DNA of 14,586 nucleotides from Alphaproteobacteria bacterium (GTDB lineage: Bacteria; Pseudomonadota; Alphaproteobacteria; UBA828), in the NCBI GenBank assembly GCA_963667785.2, contig CAXXMU010000014.1:1-14586 (forward strand), written 5' to 3'. The notes under the pieces were generated by a model. It was not told the origin of the DNA. It saw nothing but the letters and a program-made list of their open reading frames with translations, and did no database searches. Below are positions 1 to 8,237 of this stretch, piece by piece. The position numbers and the translations under genes are program-made. Position 1 is the first letter of the stretch, and each line of letters begins with the position of its first letter.

Positions 1-1101
1 GACGCCAAGGTGCGCGAAGCGGCCGAGGTGAGGCAAGGTCATGTTGGGCGAGACGCGCATGGTCATGACCAGGCCCTGCTTGCGGCGGTCCTCGGGCGAC
101 ATCACCATGCCGCGCGCGGCGGAGCGGCGGATGGAGCGGTTGCGGTAGGCCTCGCCCCGGAGCCGGACCTCGCCGGCCGTCGCCGCATCGGCGCCGACGA
201 TGGCCCGCGCGATCTCGCTGCGGCCGCTGCCGACGAGGCCGGTGAGGCCCACGATCTCGCCCCGGCCGACCCAGAGGCTGGCGCCGTTGGCGCCCGCCTC
301 GCTCTCCAGGTCGTCCACCTCCAGCACCGGCTCGGGCTTCTCGGGCCGCGCGCGGGGCGGGAAGGGAGTCTCGCTCTTGCCGCCGCCCAGCATCGCCGCG
401 ACCAGGCTTGAGCGGGTCTCGCCGGCGGCCGGCGCCGTCTTCACGTGCAAGCCGTCGCGGAGCACGGTGATCCGGTCCGAGACCTCGAGAATGTCGTGGA
501 GAAAGTGCGAGACGTAGATGATCGAGCGCCCCTCGTCCCGGAGCTTCCGCATCGCGAGGTGGAGCTGGGACACCTCGTCCCGCGAGAGCGAGGACGTGGG
601 CTCGTCCATCACGATGATGCGCGCCTCGCGCGCGAGCGCGCGCAGGATCTCGATCTTCTGCTGGTCGGCGATGGGCAGCCGCGAGACGATGGCGTTGGGG
701 TCGAGCTGGAAGCCGCTCGCCTCCATCAGCGCCGTGAGGCGGTCGGCCTCGGTGCGGCGCAGCACGCCCCAGCGCTGGTCCTCCAGCCCGAGGAAGACGT
801 TCTCCGCCACGGTGAGCGCGGGCACGAGCTGCAGCTCCTGGTGCATGATGGCGACGCCCTTGGACAGCGCCATGAGCGGGTCCCACGCGCTCGCGCGCTC
901 GCCGAAGACGTCGAGGGAGCCGGCGCTGGCCGCGTAGTAGCCGCCGAACACCTTGCCGAGCGTCGACTTGCCGGCACCGTTCTCGCCGATCAGCCCGTGG
1001 ATTTCGCCCGGCAGGATGTCTACCGAGACGTCGCTGAGCACCCAGACGCCCGCGAAGGCGACGCCGATCCCGTTCGCTCGTAGCGCCGGCTCGTCAGCCA
1101 T
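1..1101 (-). CDS. Sugar-type (CUT2, RbsA/MglA-like) ABC transporter ATP-binding protein with two NBDs; 3' end lies outside the window
   Basis: Absent from the ORF track because it has no stop in the window. Manual translation from ATG 1101: MADEPALRANGIGVAFAGVWVLSDVSVDILPGEIHGLIGENGAGKSTLGK (Walker A), IMHQELQLVPALTVAENVFLG, DQQKIEILRAL, IIVMDEPTSSL (Walker B), YVSH, then a second NBD with GEIVGLTGLVGSGRSE and SPEDRRKQGL. The frame is open to base 1. Confidence 0.95.
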   Translation of the reverse strand, partial: MADEPALRANGIGVAFAGVWVLSDVSVDILPGEIHGLIGENGAGKSTLGKVFGGYYAASAGSLDVFGERASAWDPLMALSKGVAIMHQELQLVPALTVAENVFLGLEDQRWGVLRRTEADRLTALMEASGFQLDPNAIVSRLPIADQQKIEILRALAREARIIVMDEPTSSLSRDEVSQLHLAMRKLRDEGRSIIYVSHFLHDILEVSDRITVLRDGLHVKTAPAAGETRSSLVAAMLGGGKSETPFPPRARPEKPEPVLEVDDLESEAGANGASLWVGRGEIVGLTGLVGSGRSEIARAIVGADAATAGEVRLRGEAYRNRSIRRSAARGMVMSPEDRRKQGLVMTMRVSPNMTLPHLGRFAHLGV

Positions 1102-1113
1102 CACATCCCGCAA

Positions 1114-2835
1114 TCAGGCGCGCGGCTCGGACCCCTGCTCGTCGATGGAGAGGCTGGGGCCGATCCGCACGCCGTAGTCCCTCCAGGCACCGTCGGGGGA
1201 AACATAGCCCCGTTGCACGTCGCGCCGCACGTCTTCGAAGGGGCGCGCCCTGGGGTCGCCGTTGCCGCCGCCGCCGCCGGTCCTGGTCTCGACCACGGTG
1301 CCGGCCGCCACGGGCCGCGCCCGCATCTTGAGCGGCCCTTCGCTCGCGCCGTCCGGGTGGGTGATCTCGACCTCCGGCCCGATCGCGTCCCCGCCGCCGT
1401 TCAGCCCCCAGGCGGGCGTGCGCGAGCGCTCGAACCAGAGCGCGCAGTAGCAGTCCTCGAGGGTCCGGTAGCGGCGCACGACGCCGCAGCCGCCCCGGTG
1501 CCGCCCCGGCCCGCCGGAATCGGTGCGGATGGAGAACTCCTCGAGGCGGACGGGGAACTTCGTCTCCATCACCTCGGCCGGGATGTTGCGGAAGCTGCCG
1601 TTCACCAAGTTGATGAGGGCGCTCTGGCCGTCGCCGTCGTTGCGGCCGCCCCAGCCGCCGGCGGTGGCCTCGATGGACATCCACTGGCCCCGCGTGCGAT
1701 CGACGGAGAAAAAGAGGGACACCATCGAATCGCCGTAGTGCGCGGCGGTGGAACGCTCGGGGATCGCTTCGGAGAGGCACGAGATGAAGAGGTCCGCCAG
1801 CAGGCCGAGGCCGGTGAAGTACCACTCGCAGGCCGCCGGCTCCCTGGCGTTGAACATGCAGTCGTCGGGGATGCGGACGGTCATCGTCTCGAAGGAGCCG
1901 CCGGTGATCGCGCGCTCCGGATTGATCATCGTCTTGTAGGCGAGGCGCAGCAGCGAGACGGTCTGGCTCGCGCCGCAGTTGACCGAGCCGGGGACGGTGC
2001 CGGACGAGCCCTCAAGGTCGACGATCAGCGCCTCGCCCTCGATGGTGAGCCGGAGCGCGACCTTCACGGGCTCGTCGCCCGCGCCGTCGCTGTCGAGATA
2101 GCCCTCGCGGTACCAGGTGCCGTCCTCGATCGCGGCGATGGCTTCGCGGTCCATGCGCCGCGCCTGCTCGAAGATGTTGTCGCAGGCGGCGCGGTAGGTC
2201 TCGATGCCGATGCGCTCCAGCAGCTGCGACAGCCGGCGCTCGCCGGTGCGCACGGCGGCGATCTGGGCGCCAAGGTCGCCGATGCTCGCGTCCGGCATCC
2301 GGGTGTTGAGGCGGAGCAGGTCGTACCATTCGCGGATGGGCTCGCCCTGGGCGACGATGCGCGTGGGCCCGAGGCGCAGCCCCTCCTGATAGATGTTGGT
2401 CGACCCCATGACCGTGCCGGGGTCGATGGCGCCGATGTCGTTCCAGTGGGCGCGCGCGGCGCCGAAGCCGATCAGCGCGCCGTCGAAGAAGATGGGCCCG
2501 ACCACCGAGACGTCGTGCAGGTGCGAGCCCTGCATGTAGCTGTCGTTCATGATGAAGACGTCGCCGGGCGCGATGTCGTCGCCATAGTACTCGATGACGT
2601 GGTGGACGTTGGCGTCGATGGCGCCGATGAAGAGCGGCACGCCGCTCGATTGGCCTAGCATGTTGCCGTCCGCATCGAGGAGCCCCACGGCACTGTCCCG
2701 GCCCTCGTAGATGACCGCCGAGTGGGCGGAGCGCCAGAGCGAGGCGTTCATGTCCTCCGCGCAGGAGATGACGAAGTTGCGCACGATCTCGGTGGTCACG
2801 GGGTCCGCCACGTTCTGCGCACGCGTGTCGTTCAT
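1114..2835 (-). CDS. hyuB: Hydantoinase B/oxoprolinase family protein (beta subunit of an ATP-dependent cyclic amide hydrolase), copy 1, 573 aa
   Basis: C-terminal part of ORF 1114..4794. The likely start is ATG 2835 ([20 protein letters not shown]), preceded by GGAGG and overlapping the upstream TGA (ATGA). Family motifs: [67 protein letters not shown]. Confidence 0.93.
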   Translation of the reverse strand: MNDTRAQNVADPVTTEIVRNFVISCAEDMNASLWRSAHSAVIYEGRDSAVGLLDADGNMLGQSSGVPLFIGAIDANVHHVIEYYGDDIAPGDVFIMNDSYMQGSHLHDVSVVGPIFFDGALIGFGAARAHWNDIGAIDPGTVMGSTNIYQEGLRLGPTRIVAQGEPIREWYDLLRLNTRMPDASIGDLGAQIAAVRTGERRLSQLLERIGIETYRAACDNIFEQARRMDREAIAAIEDGTWYREGYLDSDGAGDEPVKVALRLTIEGEALIVDLEGSSGTVPGSVNCGASQTVSLLRLAYKTMINPERAITGGSFETMTVRIPDDCMFNAREPAACEWYFTGLGLLADLFISCLSEAIPERSTAAHYGDSMVSLFFSVDRTRGQWMSIEATAGGWGGRNDGDGQSALINLVNGSFRNIPAEVMETKFPVRLEEFSIRTDSGGPGRHRGGCGVVRRYRTLEDCYCALWFERSRTPAWGLNGGGDAIGPEVEITHPDGASEGPLKMRARPVAAGTVVETRTGGGGGNGDPRARPFEDVRRDVQRGYVSPDGAWRDYGVRIGPSLSIDEQGSEPRA

Positions 2836-4859
2836 GATCCCGCCTCCAGCGTCATGGAGAGGTGGCCGCCCTCGATCACCGTGGCCTGCCAGCCGGGCGG
2901 CACCAGCGTCGTCGCCGTCGCCTCCTCGATGATCGCGGGCCCCGGCACGGCGTCGCCGATCTCGAGCCCGTTGCGGTCGAGGACCGGCGTCCGGAGCGGG
3001 CGGCCGGCGAAGAAGACGTCGCGCTCGCGCGCGTCCCGCGCGGGCTCCTGCGCGGGCGGCGCCGAATCCGGGCGCGCCAGGCGGCCGAGCGCCGCCAGTC
3101 GGATATTCGCCATCTCGACGCGGTTCTCCGGGCTGGAATGGCCGTACTGCCGATCGTAGGCCACATCGAAGCTCGTGCGCACGGCCTCCATATCGATGGC
3201 CCCGTCGGGGACCGGGATGGTGAGCACGTACTCCTGCCCGTAGTAGCGGAAGTCGATGGAGCGCTCGAAGGCGATGGCGTCCTCGGCGATGCCTTCCGCG
3301 AGCAGGTGCCGGCGGCCCCCCTCCTCCAACCCCGCGAAGGCGGCTTCGAGCGCCGCGGGCTCCATGAGGTCCCAGAAGCCGTAGAGGGTTTCCTTGTAGT
3401 CGTGGCGGACGTCGGTCTGCAGCATGCCCCAGGCGGAGAACGCGCCGGGATGCACGGGCACGATGACCTCGCGGATCTGCAGCTCCTCGGCGAGCGCGCC
3501 GGCCTGCGCCGGCCCGGCGCCGCCGAAGGCGACGAGCGAGAAGTCCCGCGGGTCGATGCCGCGTTGGACGGTAATCGTCCTGATCGCGTCCGCCATCTTG
3601 GCGTTCACGACATCGACGACGCCCTGCGCCATGGCCTCGGTGGAAAGCCCGAAGGCAGCGCCGATGCCCGCAAGCGCGCGCTCCGCCGCCGCGCGGTCGA
3701 GCGTCATGGCGCCGCCCGAAAAATTCGCGCCGTCGAGCCGGCCGAGCACGAGGTTGGCGTCGGAGACCGTGGGCTCCGTTCCGCCGAGGCCGTAGCAGGC
3801 CGGCCCCGGCATTGAGCCGGCGGACTGGGGGCCGACGCGCATGGCGCCCGCCTCCTCCCACGCGATGGAGCCACCGCCCGCGCCGATGACGTGGATGTCC
3901 ACCACCGACATCTGCACCGGCAGCCCCTCCAGCTTCGCCTGGTTGGAGCCGGACGGCAGCCCGTCGATGATGAGGCTCGCGTCGAAGGAGGTGCCGCCCA
4001 TGTCGATGCAGATGAGGTTGGGCCGCCCGGTCGCGGCGGAGAGCGCCCTGCCGCCGATGGCGCCGCCGACCGGGCCGGAAAGGAGCGTCTGCAGCGGCGT
4101 CTCGCTCGCCGTCTCCGCCGTCATCACGCCGCCGTTCGACTGCATGACGTGGAGCCCCCGGCCTTGCGGCAGGCGATCGCTGAGTCCGCCGATCAGGGTC
4201 TCCAGATAGCCGCGCACGACCGGGGCGAGGTAGCTGTTCATCACCGTGGTCGACGTCCGCTCGAACTCCCGCCACTCGGGCGAGACGCGGTGCGAGAGCC
4301 CGATGGGGATGCCGGGCAGGCGGGCGGAGAGGTACGCGGCCGCCTCCAGCTCGTGCGCCGGGTTCTTGAAGGCGAAGAGGAAGGCGATGGCGATGGCCTC
4401 GAAGCCTTGCTCCCTCACCGCGTCCACGAGGCGGTCGAGGTCGGCAGTCTCCAGCGGGGTCGCCACCTCGCCGGTGGCCGCCATCCGCTCCCGCGCCGTG
4501 AACGTGTGCTCCAGCGGCGCGAGCGGCTCGGGCTTGTTCCAGCGGATCGAGAAGATCTCGCCCCGGTCGTTGCCCTGGATCGTGTAGATGTCGCGAAAGT
4601 TCTCGGTAGTGAGCAGCGCCACCTTGGCGCCCCGCCGGGTGAGCAGCGCGTTCAGCCCCACCGTGGTGCCGTGCACGAAGAAGTCGATCGCGGCTTCGGC
4701 CGGGATGGCCGTCTCGATGCCGCGCAACACGGCCAGGGCCGGGTCGTCCGGTGTGGAGAGGACCTTTGCTGCACCGCAGGCGCCGGACGCGCAATCCTGG
4801 TAGACGATGTCGGTGAACGTGCCGCCGATATCGGCGGACACCCGGTAGTGTCGGGTCAA
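2832..4859 (-). CDS. hyuA: Hydantoinase A/oxoprolinase family protein (ATP-binding alpha subunit), copy 1, 675 aa
   Basis: Motifs DIGGTFTD, HGTTVGLNALL, EWREFERTSTT, MQSNGG, LSGPVGG, DMGGTSFD, IGAGGGSIA, GPQSAGSMPGPACY, FGGAGP, YYGQEY. TTG start preceded by GGGAGGT. Confidence 0.95.
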   Translation of the reverse strand: MTRHYRVSADIGGTFTDIVYQDCASGACGAAKVLSTPDDPALAVLRGIETAIPAEAAIDFFVHGTTVGLNALLTRRGAKVALLTTENFRDIYTIQGNDRGEIFSIRWNKPEPLAPLEHTFTARERMAATGEVATPLETADLDRLVDAVREQGFEAIAIAFLFAFKNPAHELEAAAYLSARLPGIPIGLSHRVSPEWREFERTSTTVMNSYLAPVVRGYLETLIGGLSDRLPQGRGLHVMQSNGGVMTAETASETPLQTLLSGPVGGAIGGRALSAATGRPNLICIDMGGTSFDASLIIDGLPSGSNQAKLEGLPVQMSVVDIHVIGAGGGSIAWEEAGAMRVGPQSAGSMPGPACYGLGGTEPTVSDANLVLGRLDGANFSGGAMTLDRAAAERALAGIGAAFGLSTEAMAQGVVDVVNAKMADAIRTITVQRGIDPRDFSLVAFGGAGPAQAGALAEELQIREVIVPVHPGAFSAWGMLQTDVRHDYKETLYGFWDLMEPAALEAAFAGLEEGGRRHLLAEGIAEDAIAFERSIDFRYYGQEYVLTIPVPDGAIDMEAVRTSFDVAYDRQYGHSSPENRVEMANIRLAALGRLARPDSAPPAQEPARDARERDVFFAGRPLRTPVLDRNGLEIGDAVPGPAIIEEATATTLVPPGWQATVIEGGHLSMTLEAGS

Positions 4860-4884
4860 CTCGCCACCTCCCGGCGCAAGGGCG

Positions 4885-4910
4885 CCGCCGGGGCGCGAAC
4901 GCCCCGGCGG
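4885..4910 (-). other. Intra-operonic stem-loop (11-bp GC stem, UUCG tetraloop on the mRNA strand) just after the SBP gene; probably stabilises mRNA or attenuates transcription
   Basis: The minus strand reads CCGCCGGGGCG-TTCG-CGCCCCGGCGG, a perfect stem. No U-tract follows, so it is not a canonical intrinsic terminator. Confidence 0.7.
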
Positions 4911-4923
4911 GCAGTATCGTCGG

Positions 4924-5916
4924 CTACTGCTCCCACTCGCCCCTGAAGTCGGGGTTCGCGTCGAGAATGGCCTTGTCGATCATGGCCTGGAGCGGGCCCG
5001 AGACGTCCATGTTGATGGCGTTGTCGACGGGCTTGCCCTCGATGGCGTTGGCGATCTGCTCCATGGCGAGCGCGCCCATGGTCTTGGGGAAGTAGGCGAG
5101 CGTCGCGTCCCAGCGGCCCTCGCGGATCGCCTCGATCGAGATCGCCGCGGCGCCGCCGCCGATGAGGTAGAGGTCGGCCACGTTGTAGCCCTCGGCCTCC
5201 AGCGCGATCTCCGCACCCACCAGGTGCTGGTCGGCGTTGGACAGCACCACGTGCACGTCCTTCGCCGCCTGCAGCATGTCCTGCATCGCCTTCAGCGAGG
5301 TATCCGGCGAATACCAGCCCTCGCCGACGCCTACGATCTTGATGTTGGGATACCCGGCCAGGACCTTCTCGAAGGTCTCGAGCCGGAGATTGTCGAAGGG
5401 GAAGGTCTTGAAGCCGATGATGATGATGACGTTGCAGGGGTCCTTGTCCGCGCAGTGAGCCGCCGCGGCCTCGGCCTGCCAGGTGGCGCCGTCGACGGGC
5501 GGCGATGCGACGGTCGACGTGATTCCCTCCACCTGCGGCTCGAGGGTGGTGAGATCGGGCCCGATCGGGAAGAGCACGGTCGCGATCGGCACGCCGGCCT
5601 CGATCACCTGCTCGAAGGCGCCGGAGATGCCGACGGGGTCGTTGGGCGCCACGATCATGCCCGCGAAGCGGCCGCTGGCGAGCACGTCCTCGATCTGGCT
5701 GTACTGGTGGATGGCGTCGAACTTGCCGTCGTAGATCTCGGCCTCGTAGCCGAGCTTGATGGCCATTTCCTCGACCCCTTCGTACGTGGCCTGGTTGAAG
5801 CCGTTTTGCGAAGAGGCCGCGAAGAAGGCGACTTTCTTGGAGTCCGCCATTGCCGGCGCGGCAAGGGCGAGGGCCAGGGCCGCAGCCGCCAGCACAAATG
5901 AGATGGATCGGGTCAT
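4924..5916 (-). CDS. Sugar-type (RbsB-like, periplasmic binding protein class I) ABC transporter substrate-binding protein, 330 aa
   Basis: The likely start is ATG 5916 after GGGAGAG. Sec signal peptide MTRSISFVLAAAALALALAAPAMA/DS with no lipobox. RbsB-like segments include YDGKFDAIHQYSQIEDVL, GMIVAPND, IKIVGVGEGWYS, VVLSNADQHLVGA and AIREGRWDAT. Confidence 0.92.
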   Translation of the reverse strand: MTRSISFVLAAAALALALAAPAMADSKKVAFFAASSQNGFNQATYEGVEEMAIKLGYEAEIYDGKFDAIHQYSQIEDVLASGRFAGMIVAPNDPVGISGAFEQVIEAGVPIATVLFPIGPDLTTLEPQVEGITSTVASPPVDGATWQAEAAAAHCADKDPCNVIIIIGFKTFPFDNLRLETFEKVLAGYPNIKIVGVGEGWYSPDTSLKAMQDMLQAAKDVHVVLSNADQHLVGAEIALEAEGYNVADLYLIGGGAAAISIEAIREGRWDATLAYFPKTMGALAMEQIANAIEGKPVDNAINMDVSGPLQAMIDKAILDANPDFRGEWEQ

Positions 5917-5951
5917 GTCATGCTCTCCCTGGTCAGTCTTGACTTCGCGGC

Positions 5952-5979
5952 AGCCTATCATTATGCAAACATAATGCAA
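5952..5979 (-). promoter_or_regulatory. Putative sigma70 promoter of the SBP operon, overlapped by a 7-4-7 palindrome (candidate GntR operator, 5959-5976)
   Basis: Minus strand: TTGCAT (5979-5974), 16 nt, then TAGGCT (5957-5952) with an extended TGn. The inverted repeat CATTATG-CAAA-CATAATG sits in the AT-rich patch between the divergent SBP and GntR genes. Confidence 0.55.
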
Positions 5980-6019
5980 GGTCCCCGAACGCGCGCGTCC
6001 CCTGCCTGATCATCGTCGC

Positions 6020-6751
6020 ATGGCAGCGAAGCCCGAGGCAAAGACACGCAAGCGCGGGCGCCGCGGCGCGCTGCAGGTCCATGACGCGCTGCGCGAGGAG
6101 ATCCTCTGGGTGCGCATCGCGCCGGGCTCGGCCCTGGACGAGCGCGACCTTGCCGCCCGCTTCGAGGTCTCCCGCACGCCGATCCGCGAGGCCCTGCTGC
6201 TGCTGGCCGGCGAACGGCTGGTCCAGTTCCTGCCGAACCGGACCAGCATCGTGGCGCCCTTCTCGCTCGACAACGCGGGCGACTACCTCGATACCGCGCT
6301 GATCGTCGGCCGCGCGGCGGCGCGGGCCGCGGCGCTCTCCGGCCGGGCCGAGGCGGCGGCGCTGAACGAGCGCGTGCGCCGCGTCGTCCGCGCCGTGGAG
6401 GCGGACGAGTGGGAGGATTCGCTGAAGAGCGAGCTGGAGGTGCTGCGCCACCTGGCGGGGCTCTCGCGCAACATCTTTCTCATCAAGTTCTTCGACGAGA
6501 TCATCGATGCGGGGATGCGCATGCGGGTGCTCCACTACGTGCCCAACGCCACCCAGGACGAGCGCCGCGCGTCGGTCGTGCGCCTGGAGGCGCTGGCGGA
6601 AGCGGTGCTCGCCGGCGATGCCGAGGCAGCCGATCGTGCCATCGCGAGCATGATGTTGGCCGATGCGGCGATCGTCGCCCGCTCGCTCGAGCCCCGCTTC
6701 GGCGGGGCGATGGGGCTCGAGCGCTTCGGCGAGGGGCTCCGCGCGCTATGA
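6020..6751 (+). CDS. GntR family (FadR/FCD-type) transcriptional regulator, 243 aa
   Basis: N-terminal winged HTH: VHDALREEILWVRIAPGSALDERDLAARFEVSRTPIREALLLLAGERLV. The C-terminus is helical and FCD-like (SRNIFL, AVLAGDAEAADRAI). Divergent from the transporter operon. Confidence 0.93.
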   Translation: MAAKPEAKTRKRGRRGALQVHDALREEILWVRIAPGSALDERDLAARFEVSRTPIREALLLLAGERLVQFLPNRTSIVAPFSLDNAGDYLDTALIVGRAAARAAALSGRAEAAALNERVRRVVRAVEADEWEDSLKSELEVLRHLAGLSRNIFLIKFFDEIIDAGMRMRVLHYVPNATQDERRASVVRLEALAEAVLAGDAEAADRAIASMMLADAAIVARSLEPRFGGAMGLERFGEGLRAL

Positions 6752-7850
6752 CGCGCCATGCCGGGCGGCGAGCGCGCGCCGCAGCGCTGATCCGGGACGC
6801 GAGCCTCGATGCCGCGGCCTTCGTGCCGGGGCCGAGCTTCCACTATCTCACCGGCCTCGACTTCCCCCTGATGGAGCGGCCGACGCTGCTCTTCGTCACG
6901 GCGGCGGGCGGAACGTACTCGCCATCATGCCGGAGCTGGAGCGGCTCAAGTGGTCGAGCGCCTTCCCCGAGACCGAGACCTTCTACTGGCAGGACAGCGA
7001 CGGCTTCGAGCACGCCTTCGCGGCCGCGATGCGCGCGCTCGGCGCCGCTGCGCTCGGCGTCGAAGGCGGGCGGATGCGGATGTTCGAGTACGATGCGCTG
7101 CGCCGACACATGGGCAACGGCGACGTGCGGAACGCCGACGCCGCCCTGCAGGCGCTCCGCATCGCCAAGGACGAAGACGAGATCACGAGCCTCTCGCGCG
7201 CCATCGGGATCAGCGAGCTGGCGCTGGCCGAGACCCTGGACGAGGTCCGCGCCGGCGATACCGAGCGGGCCATCGCGGCCCTGCTCAAGACCCGCATGCT
7301 GGCCCACGGCTCGGCCGCGTTCGGCTTCGATCCCATCGTGCTGGCGGGCGCCAACGCGGCGAACCCGCACGGCACGCCGGGCGAGACGGCGCTCAGGCCC
7401 GGCGATGCGCTGCTGATCGATTTTGGGGCGAAGATCGACGGGTTCAGCGCGGACATCACGCGCACCTTCTTCTGCGAGCACGTGAGCGACCGCCACGGCG
7501 AGATCTACGAGACCGTGCGCGAGGCGAACGCGCTCGGCCGCCGCATGGCCGGGCCGGGCGTCACGGCGCACGACCTGGATACGGCCGTGACCGGCGTGCT
7601 CCGCGCCTCGCCCTTCGCCGATCTGATCGTGCACAAGACCGGCCACGGCCTCGGCCTCGACGTGCACGAGGCGCCGCAGGTCATGGTCGGCAACCACCAG
7701 GCGCTGGAGCCGGGCTACGTCATCACCATCGAGCCCGGCCTCTACGGCGCGGGCGACGTCGGCGTCAGGATCGAGGACGACGTGACCGTCACCGAAGACG
7801 GCGCGCGCGCGCTCACGTCGTTCCCCCGCGCGCTCCGCCTGGTCGGTTAG
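6748..7850 (+). CDS. M24 family Xaa-Pro peptidase (prolidase-like), with one frameshift near 6907-6914 (sequencing error or pseudogene)
   Basis: ATG 6748 overlaps the GntR TGA. The N-terminus MTRHAGRRARAAALIRDASLDAAAFVPGPSFHYLTG..ERPTLLFV is in the 6409 frame; the rest (VLAIMPELE onward) is in the 6663 frame. All metal-site motifs are present: DFGA..GFSADITRT, HKTGHGLGLDVHEAP, TIEPGLY, GVRIEDD. Confidence 0.9.
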
Positions 7851-8047
7851 CGCGGGTCTGCCGTCAGGGCCGGAGCCGCCCCCGAACTCCCCGGACCATG
7901 GTCCGGTGCAAGGTGCGCGGCGTCCGTGCCAGGATCGCGCCATGAGGTGTGAGGGCGAAACGGTCCCGGCAAGTGAGGCGAGAGCGCGTGCGCGGCGCGG
8001 CGCACGTGACTCCGCTTGCGCACGCCGACCCTGCAGGCATGCGCGAC

Positions 8048-8198
8048 ATCCCAGGAAATCCTGCGAATCCCAATTAATCCCACCGATATCCCACTTATCC
8101 CAGCGAATCCCACTTATCCCGGCGAATCCCACTTAATCCCGTTTGATCCCGGTTGATCCCGGCGAATCCCGCACAAATCTGCTTGTCGGAAGTGGGAT
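8048..8198. repeat. Imperfect tandem array of 13 ATCC(C/T)-N4-6 units (period 9-11 bp), plus one inverted copy (AAGTGGGAT, 8190-8198)
   Basis: Cores start at 8048, 8058 (ATCCT), 8067, 8077, 8088, 8097, 8107, 8116, 8126, 8136, 8146, 8156 and 8166. Confidence 0.92.
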
Positions 8199-8237
8199 GT
8201 GGAACCGGATCGCGAACAAGGCCGGAGGTGCGGGCGA

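Noticed and set aside
10-1083. Plus-strand ORFs 10..411, 445..1083 and the similar long antisense ORFs across the window
   Set aside because: These are antisense shadows of well-supported genes in high-GC DNA and have no family motifs.
1114-4794. 1226-aa ORF suggesting a giant protein or a HyuA-HyuB fusion by frameshifting
   Set aside because: The first ~650 aa are an Arg/Gly/Pro-rich -1 shadow frame of hyuA1, where stops are rare because third codon positions are G/C. hyuB1 has its own SD and ATGA-coupled start at 2835, and no slippery site was seen.
5917-5979. Longer starts from the ORF track for the SBP (5979) and, likewise, hyuB2 (11871)
   Set aside because: The downstream ATGs at 5916 and 11835 have clear SD sequences and give proper N-termini. 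The extensions run through promoter or repeat DNA.
6748-7850. M24 protein as a creatinase, implying a creatinine/N-methylhydantoin pathway
   Set aside because: It keeps the full D, D, H, E, E dinuclear metal ligand set of prolidase-type enzymes, which creatinase lacks. No creatinine deaminase or carbamoylsarcosine amidase is in the window.
8048-8176. ATCCC array as a CRISPR array or as coding sequence (ORFs 6843..8132, 7847..8113, 7906..8136)
   Set aside because: The 5-bp cores and 4-6-bp spacers are far too short for CRISPR, and no cas genes are present. Unit lengths of 9-11 bp and low-complexity translations give no support for a protein.
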